Origin: Armatimonadota bacterium
Lineage (GTDB): Bacteria; Armatimonadota; Fimbriimonadia; Fimbriimonadales; GBS-DC
Assembly: GCA_040289385.1 (NCBI GenBank)
Contig: PSLB01000005.1
Span: 1-39,348 of the forward strand
Direction of reading: 5' to 3'
DNA: 39,348 nt
The notes below the pieces were generated by a model. That model was not told the DNA's origin and ran no database searches. It was given only the letters and a program-made list of their open reading frames with translations. Made by a program: the position numbers and the translations under genes. Below are positions 9,003-17,663 of the stretch, piece by piece. The stretch's first letter is position 1; every line of letters begins with the position of its first letter.

Positions 9003-9946
9003 AGGTTGCGATGCGGGCAAGTGGGCCATCCAAACAGCAGGTGCCCCTGCCCGTGCGTATCGGCTGGCAGGGTATCCAACTGCGAGTTCCTGAGGGATGG
9101 TTCCTCAAGGGCTACACGGGCGAGTGGAAGGAAGGCTACCTCCAGATTGGTTCACCAGGCAGTACCGAAATCGATATCAAATGGGTTCGTTCGCGCCGGC
9201 GCACAGACCTCCCCTATGTGCTTCGGCAGTTCCTCAGGCGGATTGAACGCGCCAAGCGTCGCATCCGCCAGCCTTATTTGGGAACCATCAAGCCCATAGA
9301 TGAGGAGACCCTTGAGTTTCGGTGGCAGTCGGATGAGCGGGCGTTAGGACAGATTCGGCGGTACCCCGATTGCCATACAATTGTGCTGATCCAGGCTCGT
9401 TCGGGCTCACGCCACGAGACGCTCCACCATCTGGCACGCGCCATTTTCGAGACGCTCTCGGTCAAGCCCGACCCTGATGGCTGGGTTGTGTGGAGCTTAT
9501 ATGGGCTGTGTACGGCAGTGCCAGAGCGTTTTCGGCTGGCGAAGGCGCAGATTCTCACAGGTCAGACCCGGCTTATCTTTCGTCATCGGCGCGAACACTT
9601 ATTAATCGAACGCATTGCGCGCGCCGAGCAGTTGAGGAAGGGCTACACTTTCGAGGAATGGGCGAATCTCTGGCTTAAGTGGGAACCGTATCGGCGTTCC
9701 GCTCGAAGCAAGCTCGACAGCACTCCCGAAATGGTTCCTTCGCTTCGCCTTTCTGCGCGACTTCCCTTGAGCACAGCCATCGCCGAAACGGTGCGCAGTG
9801 TACTGACGCTTCACCGCCCGGCTTGGTATGTGGAGGCGATTGCATGGGTGGCTCCCGAACGCAACACCATCTTTCACATCCACTACCAAACGCCTCGCAA
9901 GAACGCCCTGTTAGAGGAGGTGCTTGCGCGAACCCGATGCCCTTAA
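8999..9946 (+). CDS. Hypothetical protein (basic, Trp-rich)
   Basis: 315-aa ORF overlapping the tatA stop (GTGA) and the next start. Function not recognised. Confidence 0.75.
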   Translation: MKVAMRASGPSKQQVPLPVRIGWQGIQLRVPEGWFLKGYTGEWKEGYLQIGSPGSTEIDIKWVRSRRRTDLPYVLRQFLRRIERAKRRIRQPYLGTIKPIDEETLEFRWQSDERALGQIRRYPDCHTIVLIQARSGSRHETLHHLARAIFETLSVKPDPDGWVVWSLYGLCTAVPERFRLAKAQILTGQTRLIFRHRREHLLIERIARAEQLRKGYTFEEWANLWLKWEPYRRSARSKLDSTPEMVPSLRLSARLPLSTAIAETVRSVLTLHRPAWYVEAIAWVAPERNTIFHIHYQTPRKNALLEEVLARTRCP

Positions 9947-10326
9947 CTGTCCTCTTTCGCAAGCGCAAACCACCACCGATCGATCGGCGCGCAGTGCTGA
10001 AGCTCTACCCCCTGCGCAATCCGTCAGTAGGGTACGAACTGCGTTCCGATGGCTCCTGCCTGCTGAAAGTGCCGTTCCGTCCCAAAGGAATTGCCCAGCT
10101 CTTCAGCAGGATTTTCAAAGTGCCTGAGGAACATCAAATCGAGCTGGACGAGACCGGCGCCACGGTCTGGCTTCTTTGCGACGGTCAGCACAGCGTGGAG
10201 TCGATAGTTCAGCGTTTGGTGAACCAATACAAGCTGGAGCGGCGCGAGGCAGAGTTCTCGCTTTTTGCGTTTCTGAACTTGCTCTCGCAACGCGGGTTTA
10301 TTGCATATCTGAAGAAACGGCGATGA
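9937..10326 (+). CDS. PqqD-family (RiPP-recognition-element-like) protein, 129 aa
   Basis: IELDETGATVWLLCDGQHSVESIVQRL...FLNLLSQRGFI is the PqqD wHTH signature. ATG at 9937. Confidence 0.8.
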   Translation: MPLTVLFRKRKPPPIDRRAVLKLYPLRNPSVGYELRSDGSCLLKVPFRPKGIAQLFSRIFKVPEEHQIELDETGATVWLLCDGQHSVESIVQRLVNQYKLERREAEFSLFAFLNLLSQRGFIAYLKKRR

Positions 10327-10955
10327 GTACCGTACACCCTACAACTGGTAAGGGTGCTATTCGGAAGCAGGTTCAGCTCCCGCTGTCGGTGGCGTTCCGA
10401 ATCGCCCTTTTGAACATTCGCGTGCGCTTCCTGCGCGCGCTGATCACCGCGGCAGGCATCATGCTGGGCATCGCCTTTTTCGTGGTGGTGCGCTCGGCAG
10501 GACTGTACGCCCCCCCATTAGACCCCAACGACCCCACCATTCAGGAGACGACCACACGCCAAACCTGGCTGGTGGTCATGAGCCTGCTGATGTCGGCGGT
10601 GGGCATCTCCAACTCGATGCTGATGGCGGTCACCGAGCGCTATAAAGAAATTGGCACGATGAAGTGTCTGGGGGCTCTCGACTCGTTTATTGTGAAGCTC
10701 TTCTTTTTAGAGTCTGGGATGTTAGGTGTGGTCGCCTCATTTATTGGCTTTTTCGCGGGGTGGGGATCGGTGTTTCTGATTAATCTGGCGCGTCTGGGCG
10801 GGGCGGTCATTACAGCGGTTCCGCTGAGCGTTTTGGGTGGACTTCTTCTTCAGGCGATGGCGATCAGCATCTTGCTCACGGTGATCGCGACCATTCTTCC
10901 AGCGATCCGAGCCGCGAAGATGCCCCCATCCGCCGCTCTGCGTGTGGAGGTCTAA
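10323..10955 (+). CDS. FtsX/MacB-like ABC permease, short (210 aa)
   Basis: MAVTERYKEIGTMKCLGA and PAIRAAKMPPSAALRVE; four hydrophobic segments; ATGA overlap with the upstream gene. Confidence 0.88.
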   Translation: MSTVHPTTGKGAIRKQVQLPLSVAFRIALLNIRVRFLRALITAAGIMLGIAFFVVVRSAGLYAPPLDPNDPTIQETTTRQTWLVVMSLLMSAVGISNSMLMAVTERYKEIGTMKCLGALDSFIVKLFFLESGMLGVVASFIGFFAGWGSVFLINLARLGGAVITAVPLSVLGGLLLQAMAISILLTVIATILPAIRAAKMPPSAALRVEV

Positions 10956-10958
10956 AAA

Positions 10959-11717
10959 ATGGCAAATGGGCAAAACAATCAGGCCAGCGAGTTCGTGGTG
11001 CGCGTGCGCGATGTGTTCAAGGAGTACCAAGTGGGCAAGCTAACCGTGCGCGCACTGGACGGTGTCAACCTCGATATCTACCGTGGCGAATATCTGTCGA
11101 TCATGGGGCCCTCAGGATCGGGCAAAAGCACGCTGTTTAATATGATTGGCGGACTGGATAAGCCGACCAGCGGATCAGTTTTCATCGATGATGTGGACAT
11201 GGCACAGTTGGATCCGCAGGAGCTGGCGTTCCTCCGATGCCACCGAATTGGCTACATCTTCCAGACTTTTAACCTCATTCCCGTGATGACTGCGCTGGAA
11301 AATGTGACTTTGCCGATGGTGTTCGCTGGGGTCACCGCAGACGAGGCGCGCGAACGGGGCGTAGAGCTGTTGACGCTAGTGGGGCTGGGCGGACGCCTCC
11401 ATCATAAGCCGACAGAGCTTTCAGGCGGGCAACAACAGCGCGTTGCCATCGCCCGCGCCCTCGCCAACCACCCGTCGATTATCTTAGCCGACGAACCAAC
11501 AGGCAATCTCGACCTCAAAACAGGCAAAGAGATTATCGAACTCCTCAAAAAACTCAACAAGGAGCGTGGGGTCACTATCATCTCCGCAACGCACGACTTG
11601 AAGATGCTGGATATTTCCGACCGCATCGTGTGGATTCGCGATGGGAAGATCGAACGCGTCGAACTCCGAAGTGAGTTAGAACTGAAGGTAGGCGAGGTGG
11701 AAGGTGAAGCAGGCTAA
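10959..11717 (+). CDS. ABC ATP-binding protein (LolD/MacB-like)
   Basis: [35 protein letters not shown] and the H-loop ATHD. Confidence 0.93.
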   Translation: MANGQNNQASEFVVRVRDVFKEYQVGKLTVRALDGVNLDIYRGEYLSIMGPSGSGKSTLFNMIGGLDKPTSGSVFIDDVDMAQLDPQELAFLRCHRIGYIFQTFNLIPVMTALENVTLPMVFAGVTADEARERGVELLTLVGLGGRLHHKPTELSGGQQQRVAIARALANHPSIILADEPTGNLDLKTGKEIIELLKKLNKERGVTIISATHDLKMLDISDRIVWIRDGKIERVELRSELELKVGEVEGEAG

Positions 11718-12607
11718 TGGACGCCTATATCGATTCGTTTCTGGAGTTCTTACAGAGCGAGCGTCGTGCCTCTGCCCACACCGTCGGCGCCTATGCTGTA
11801 GACCTGCGCCAGTTTACAGACTATCTTCACCGATCAGGACGAACCGAACCGCATCTCTGGGATGCCAGCCTGTGGGAAGGGTTCGTCTACTATCTGCGTC
11901 GGCACTCGCTGAGCGAGACCAGCATCGCCCGCAAATTGAGCGCCGTGCGCACCTTCTTGCATTATCTCTATCGACGCGGGATTTTAGTCGAGGCGCCCCC
12001 CGAAGCGTTGGAGGTGCCGCGCCTGCACCGCAGTCTGCCCGCAACGCTCACCGTGAGCGAAATGCGACGCCTTCTTCTTCAGCCTCCCTTAGACACGCCG
12101 CACGGGCTACGCGATCGCACGATGCTGGAAACGATGTATACCACTGGCATGCGTGTCTCAGAACTACTTGGGCTGAATATCGGCGACCTGAACTTGGTGG
12201 ATCAAGCGGTTTTGGTTCGGGGCAAGCGCGCACGCGAACGGCTTCTGCCCCTCCCCGAAGCGACAGTCTATTGGATCCAACGCTATCTAAGCGATGCCCG
12301 TCCCAAACTGTCAAGCCCGAAACGCCCTTGTGAGCATCTGTTCCTGAATGACCACGGCGCCCCCCTGAGCCGAGTTGCCTTCTGGAACAAGGTCAAAGCC
12401 TATGCCTTGTTGGCTGGTATCCCCAAAAACATCTCCCCCCATACCCTGCGCCACTCGTTCGCTGTCCACCTGCTCAACGGAGGGGCTGATCTGCGCGCCG
12501 TTCAGGGACTACTGGGACATAGCGACCTCGCAACCACCCAGATTTACACTCAAGTTAGCGTAGAGCGGTTGCGTGAGGTCTATCAGAAGACACATCCGCG
12601 CCGCTAA
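11717..12607 (+). CDS. xerD: Site-specific tyrosine recombinase, XerD/XerC type
   Basis: TGMRVSEL, PHTLRHSFAVHLL and GADLRAVQGLLGHSDLATTQIYT give the R-K-H-R-H-Y set. XerD versus XerC is not certain. Confidence 0.82.
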   Translation: MDAYIDSFLEFLQSERRASAHTVGAYAVDLRQFTDYLHRSGRTEPHLWDASLWEGFVYYLRRHSLSETSIARKLSAVRTFLHYLYRRGILVEAPPEALEVPRLHRSLPATLTVSEMRRLLLQPPLDTPHGLRDRTMLETMYTTGMRVSELLGLNIGDLNLVDQAVLVRGKRARERLLPLPEATVYWIQRYLSDARPKLSSPKRPCEHLFLNDHGAPLSRVAFWNKVKAYALLAGIPKNISPHTLRHSFAVHLLNGGADLRAVQGLLGHSDLATTQIYTQVSVERLREVYQKTHPRR

Positions 12608-13995
12608 AACCGATACTGCCACTCCAGCCACCAACCACATCGAGCATCGGGATCCAAGGCAGTATTGCGTAAGTGGCGTGTCCGATAGTGGAGACTGATG
12701 AAACTGTAAGGGCTCAATTGGTGCGCCAGAGTGGCATCGAATTCGAACCCCCGATTGCCTGAATACCATGCGTGGAACCGACGCAGATTATAGCCCTCCA
12801 AGGAAACCAACCAGCGAGAATGGGTGTAGTCCAGACGCCCATAGAAGCCGATCTGGTTCGCCCCGAAGGGGTGTCCCATCGGGAAGCCATCGATAGTGTA
12901 AGCGTAGTGGGGATCATGCCCCGAGGCGCTATAGACCCCGCCATCGTGTGTTCCGTCCGTACGGATAGCCTCAAGCACGACTCGAGTTTGGGCGTTCGGA
13001 TGGAGGCGCGCTCCAACAAGCAGGGCAGTCTTGCGAGGGGTGTTGGCACCGCGCCCGCCCAAGAAATCGGGGGCACGCATGTCGTCGACGAGCCAGAACA
13101 GATAGAGGCGGTTTTGATCGTCAAAGCGGTACTGCACCCCAACCTCAGCGAGGTAGTTGAACCAACCTGACCCACGCTCGGCGGTGGTCATCCATTTTTG
13201 GTAGGCATAGTACGGGGCTATCTGGCTGAGGACGCCATCAGGCAGTTGGAGCGCCTTGAACGCTTCCGAAAGCGACACGCTCCACTGCTTGCTTAGCGCA
13301 CGCTCAAATCGGCGTCCACCCCACCAGACCGTCCGACCCGATTGGCGAAACGATGCGAAAAACTGCTCAAACTGCCAGCGTCCCAACACGGGCAGGCGCA
13401 TCGGGAACGCCACCTTCGCATACGGTACAGGCGGAGTCGTATCGTTGACCAGGAGGCTCCCGCTGTAGCCCCCAGCCCAACGCAGGGACGCACGCCCGAA
13501 CTGCCACTGCCATTCCCCTGTGCGAAAGGTGAGCTGTGCCAACAGGAGGGTGCCGAACCGTTCGGGTGCGGGTTCAGGCAGGCTCAGCCCCATCGGGCGT
13601 TCGCGACGCGAAGCATCACTCCAAACGAACTCCAGTAAGGCTTGCTCACCAAGCGACCACACGCCACTGATTCGGTAGGTCGCTTTCGCAGAGGTCTCCC
13701 AATCTTCTTTGCCGAACGCATAACTGGTAAAGGTGGCGAACAACCTGCCCTGCGACGGGGAGAGCATCGTTATCTCGCCGAGTTTCCAGAGAGCCGTTGT
13801 GCGCAGAGGAGTGTCTGGAGCCCGACGCAGTGCGATACGCCATTCGTCCTCGTCGCGCGGAATGCTCATCAGGGAAGGGATGTCTTGCAGAAGCACCGCA
13901 CCGAGGTCGTACAACGGCTCATCCCGCACGGGCAGATGCTGTCCCCATACCCCGCAGATCCATACGCTGGCGAGGACAAGCCCAAGAGCCCTCAT
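12604..13995 (-). CDS. Capsule-assembly Wzi-family outer-membrane protein
   Basis: Signal peptide, WAGGYSGSLLVNDTTPP (Wzi-like), alternating beta-strands, terminal YRF; adjacent to a polysaccharide gene. Confidence 0.65.
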   Translation of the reverse strand: MRALGLVLASVWICGVWGQHLPVRDEPLYDLGAVLLQDIPSLMSIPRDEDEWRIALRRAPDTPLRTTALWKLGEITMLSPSQGRLFATFTSYAFGKEDWETSAKATYRISGVWSLGEQALLEFVWSDASRRERPMGLSLPEPAPERFGTLLLAQLTFRTGEWQWQFGRASLRWAGGYSGSLLVNDTTPPVPYAKVAFPMRLPVLGRWQFEQFFASFRQSGRTVWWGGRRFERALSKQWSVSLSEAFKALQLPDGVLSQIAPYYAYQKWMTTAERGSGWFNYLAEVGVQYRFDDQNRLYLFWLVDDMRAPDFLGGRGANTPRKTALLVGARLHPNAQTRVVLEAIRTDGTHDGGVYSASGHDPHYAYTIDGFPMGHPFGANQIGFYGRLDYTHSRWLVSLEGYNLRRFHAWYSGNRGFEFDATLAHQLSPYSFISLHYRTRHLRNTALDPDARCGWWLEWQYRF

Positions 13996-15890
13996 CTATG
14001 CTTCACCACATCAGGGGGTTTCAAACGCACTGTCGCCAGCTCCATCAGCATCGTTTGCGCCTTCTCCGCTTGGTTCGATTCACACAGGTCTAATAGGATC
14101 TCCAGTTGACTCTTGAGCCAATGCCACTGTGGCGCCCCCCCGTTTGTCACGCGCCGAATCTTTTGGTGGGGGGTCGGCTCAAGGTTCTCTTCGTCGTAGC
14201 AAAGCTCCTCGTGAAGTTTCTCACCAGGGCGGATCCCCGTGAAGACGATAGGGATATCCTTGTTCGGCACCAGCCCATACAGTCGGATAAGGTCATGTAC
14301 GAGATCCACCACGCGTACGGGCTTGCCCATATCGAGGAGATAAATGTCGCCATGGCTTTCGAAGGCACCCACGCACATAATCAGATGCACCGCTTCGGAG
14401 ACGCTCATAAAGTAGCGCTGCATTTCGGGGTGGGTTAGGCGCACAGGGCCGCCTGCCTCGATTTGGGCTTGAATTGTGGGCACAAGACTGCCGCGACTCC
14501 CCAACACATTACCGAAACGCACAATTGCGAACTCGGTCTCCGTTTCATGAGCTAACGCTTGGATAATCATCTCACCAACCCGCTTCGTCGCCCCCATAAT
14601 GCTGGCAGGTTTTACCGCTTTATCGGTAGAGATGTAGACAAACTTGCGCACTCCGTTTCGAGCCGAGGTTTCTGCGATGACCCATGTGCCCAGCACATTA
14701 TTCTTGATGGCTTCCACAGGATTGGCTTGCATAAGGGGCACATGCTTGTGCGCCGCAGCGTGGAACACGACGGTGGGCTGCTCCTCTCGCAGAACCGATC
14801 GGATGCGTGATTCATCGCGTACATCGGCAATAACACAGCGCGGCTCGTAGTTGTGTTGTTCCACAACCTCACGCTGGATAACGTAGATACTATTCTCACC
14901 TTTACCCAGCAAGATGAGCGAGGCGGGGCCCAGAAGCACTACCTGCTGCGCCAACTCGCTCCCGATCGAGCCTCCCGCGCCCGTAATTAGCACGCGTTCC
15001 CCCTCAAGGTAATCCGAGATAGCGCGTAGGTCGAAGCGCACAGGCTCGCGCGGGAGCAGATCTTCAATATCCACCTCGCGAATTTGGTGGAGTTGAACCC
15101 CGCGCTCAAAAATTGCAGGAATGGCCGGCACAATTTGGATTCGAGCAGGTGTGCGTCGACAAACCTCGAAGATGCGTCGGATGGTGGCGCTCTCACCAGA
15201 GGGAATGGCGATGATAATCTCCTGAACTCCGAACTCGGCGACAACCTTAGGAATATCTTGGGTGGTTCCCAGCCAGGGCTGACCGTGTAGGCGTGTGTAG
15301 CGTTTGGCTGGATTGTCGTCCACAAAGCCGATAACACGGTGCTTCGATTCAGGGTTGCGCTGAATCTCCCGAATCACCATTTCGCCCGCGTCCCCGCCCC
15401 CCACAATTAGGGTACGTTTGCGTTCTTGCCCCTTGTCACGGAGGATCTGGTACAAGTCGAAGGCTCTACGCCACACTCGGAGCAGACTCAACAGGCTTAC
15501 GCTGAGAAAGAAGAATAGTACCAGTTCCGCCGAATGGAAATTGCGTCCCTGCCACACCCAGCCTGCATAAAACAACCCCGCGCTGACCAACCCCAGAATC
15601 AGACCGACCTGCACTAAGTACACGATATCGACGATGCTGGCGTATCGACTTTGTACCCGGTAAAGTCCCTTGAGGAAAAGAAGCACAGGAGCGACTCCTG
15701 CCAGCGTGGGTGCCATCCAGCGGATGAGATGCCAGTCTGCAGGTTCGAACACAAAGTCGCAAGTCAGCCCGATTGCGCAGACCAGTGCCAGTGAGAGCAT
15801 CAGAATGTCCCAAACGACTGCCTGAACCAGTTCGCCCCAGCGTTTCGGGGGAATACGCCTCCAAGCTTTGAGTGTCTCTCTGATAGACAA
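13992..15890 (-). CDS. Membrane-bound nucleotide-sugar dehydratase (CapD/PglF/WbpM type)
   Basis: Four N-terminal TM helices, ITGAGGSIGSEL, HAAAHKHVP, STDKAV, MGATKR and GIRPGEKLHEEL. Confidence 0.92.
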   Translation of the reverse strand: MSIRETLKAWRRIPPKRWGELVQAVVWDILMLSLALVCAIGLTCDFVFEPADWHLIRWMAPTLAGVAPVLLFLKGLYRVQSRYASIVDIVYLVQVGLILGLVSAGLFYAGWVWQGRNFHSAELVLFFFLSVSLLSLLRVWRRAFDLYQILRDKGQERKRTLIVGGGDAGEMVIREIQRNPESKHRVIGFVDDNPAKRYTRLHGQPWLGTTQDIPKVVAEFGVQEIIIAIPSGESATIRRIFEVCRRTPARIQIVPAIPAIFERGVQLHQIREVDIEDLLPREPVRFDLRAISDYLEGERVLITGAGGSIGSELAQQVVLLGPASLILLGKGENSIYVIQREVVEQHNYEPRCVIADVRDESRIRSVLREEQPTVVFHAAAHKHVPLMQANPVEAIKNNVLGTWVIAETSARNGVRKFVYISTDKAVKPASIMGATKRVGEMIIQALAHETETEFAIVRFGNVLGSRGSLVPTIQAQIEAGGPVRLTHPEMQRYFMSVSEAVHLIMCVGAFESHGDIYLLDMGKPVRVVDLVHDLIRLYGLVPNKDIPIVFTGIRPGEKLHEELCYDEENLEPTPHQKIRRVTNGGAPQWHWLKSQLEILLDLCESNQAEKAQTMLMELATVRLKPPDVVKHR

Positions 15891-16093
15891 AGTCTCCCTC
15901 CGTAGAACTGATGGTTCCGACGCATAAGGAGTATACCCGTTTTATAATGGCGTCGATCCATGACCTTCTCAAAGTTGAGTTCAGACCCCCCTCCCGATCG
16001 ACGACACCCCTTGACTTCACTGTCACAGATGGGGGATAATAGCGTCGCCAACGGGCACGCTGGGAACCTTGACAATCGGAACTCAAATCTGCC

Positions 16094-16122
16094 ACCGACC
16101 CCCGTTGGAGGGGTTGGTTTGT
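16094..16122. terminator. Hairpin, terminator-like
   Basis: ACCGACCCC / GGGGTTGGT stem with a 7-nt loop, followed by TTGT on the plus strand. It lies just past the ylxR end. Confidence 0.5.
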
Positions 16123-16125
16123 AGC

Positions 16126-16432
16126 CTACCTGTGAGGGATGGAAAAGTGAGGGCTGGAAACTTGGAAAAGCTTTTCTACCAGTTCGGGGGGGGGTGGCTT
16201 TGAGGGCGCGCAGGAGACTGCCTTTGCGGCGGGCATGTTGGAGACACTCGGTTTTAGGGCAGAGGTAGGCACCGCGACCAGCCAGTTTCTGTTGGGGGTC
16301 AAACAGAACCTGATGGGTTTTAGGATGGCGGACAAAGCGCAGGAGCTGGCTTTTGGGGGCGGTGCGTCTGCATGCGACACACCGCCGAATAGGGCTACGC
16401 ACCGCGTCGGGCTGAGCGCTCTTGCTTGGCAA
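16126..16432 (-). CDS. ylxR: YlxR/RnpM (DUF448) RNA-binding protein, frameshifted at a G9 tract
   Basis: PIRRCVACR...LLRFVR...GRGAYLC...C, downstream of nusA. The natural C-terminus (PELVEKLFQ...) is in another frame beyond G9 at 16186-16194. Confidence 0.85.
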
Positions 16433-17498
16433 TCTCTTCCTCCGAATGAACTTCGAGGGTCCAACCCGTTAGTTCCTCGGCGAGCCGAACATTGACACCT
16501 GAGCGCCCGACCGCTTGACGCAATTGATTATTCGGGACAACCACGCGTGCCTTGCGATGCTCAGGGTCTAAAATGACCACTCGGTTCACGCGCGCAGGGC
16601 TCAGCGCCGCACGGATAAACTTTTCTGGATCGCGACTCCACTCGACGATATCGATATGCTCCCCTGCGAGCTCGTTGCTAATGGCTTGTAAGCGCATGCC
16701 ACGCTGACCCAGACACGCGCCGACAGCATCGACAAGGGGGTTGCGTGAATACACAGCAATCTTCGTGCGTTCGCCAGGCTCGCGTGCAATCGCTTTGATC
16801 TCCACTTCACCACTGGCAACCTCTGGCGACTCCTGGGCTAACAGTCCAGCAACCAACCGCTTATCGGTTCGGGAGGCGATGACCTTCATGTCGCGCAAGC
16901 GGGGTTCGCGCCCACCCTCCCTCGGCGGCACCTGGATCTCCAGAATGAGCACCTTGAGGTTGTCGCCTATAGCGTAGGTCTCTCTTGCGATTTGATGGCG
17001 GTAGGGGAGAATGACCTCGACACGCCCATAGGAGAGGATCACCGTGCTCCCTTGAAAGCGCTCCACACGCGCGGTGATGACCTTCCCTACATGGGCTTGA
17101 AGTTCCCGCATTGCGTGTTCGCGTTCCAGCTCACTGAGTCGCTGTCGGAGCATCTGGAAGGCGTTTTGAACCGCCACACGCCCCAAAAGGTCTAACGGAA
17201 GCTCCAGCGAGACCTTATCGCCGACCTCCAAGTTTGCATCGATCTTGTGCGCCTCTTCTACGCTGATTTGGGTGTGTTCGTCGGTGACCAACCCCACAAT
17301 CTCCTTCTCTATAAAAAGGCGGAAACAGTTGGGGGCGTCGGGCGCCCACTGGGCGCGAATACGGGAACTACTGGGATAGTGCAGTTGTTTGCGACAGGCG
17401 TTTGCAATCGCACCCTCCAGAGTCGCCATCAGCTCAGGGAGCGGAATGTTGCGCTCCCTCTCCAGTTGTCTCAACAACTCGATAATCTCGTTGCACAT
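16395..17498 (-). CDS. nusA: Transcription termination/antitermination factor NusA
   Basis: IAREPGERTKIAV, DAVGACLGQRG, EHIDIVEW and GRSGVNVRLAEELTGW; ATG 17498 after AAGGGG. Confidence 0.95.
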   Translation of the reverse strand: MCNEIIELLRQLERERNIPLPELMATLEGAIANACRKQLHYPSSSRIRAQWAPDAPNCFRLFIEKEIVGLVTDEHTQISVEEAHKIDANLEVGDKVSLELPLDLLGRVAVQNAFQMLRQRLSELEREHAMRELQAHVGKVITARVERFQGSTVILSYGRVEVILPYRHQIARETYAIGDNLKVLILEIQVPPREGGREPRLRDMKVIASRTDKRLVAGLLAQESPEVASGEVEIKAIAREPGERTKIAVYSRNPLVDAVGACLGQRGMRLQAISNELAGEHIDIVEWSRDPEKFIRAALSPARVNRVVILDPEHRKARVVVPNNQLRQAVGRSGVNVRLAEELTGWTLEVHSEEEIAKQERSARRGA

Positions 17499-17526
17499 CG
17501 TACAGACCCCCTTGGTGCACTTACGG

Positions 17527-17561
17527 ATATAAAGAAAAGAGTGGGCATAACCCCACTCTTT
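17527..17561 (-). promoter_or_regulatory. rimP/nusA-leader-type attenuator hairpin
   Basis: AAAGAGTGGG-GTTATG-CCCACTCTTT followed by TCTTTATAT on the minus strand, between a GGTATACT -10 and the nusA start. Confidence 0.7.
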
Positions 17562-17663
17562 CCCCGCTATGTGCCCACCTGTAGTATACCCGAAAACCGC
17601 TCCTGAAACACGCAAGGCACAATTGGAGTATAATTCCCCATATAGACCACCAAGGAGGTTCCT

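Noticed and set aside
11717-12607. Tyrosine recombinase as a prophage or island integrase
   Set aside because: Length and motifs fit housekeeping Xer, it is coupled to an operon, and there are no phage genes or att repeats.
15800-16432. 210-aa extended YlxR as a novel fusion
   Set aside because: The extension arises only from the G9 frameshift and runs through a promoter region into the next gene.
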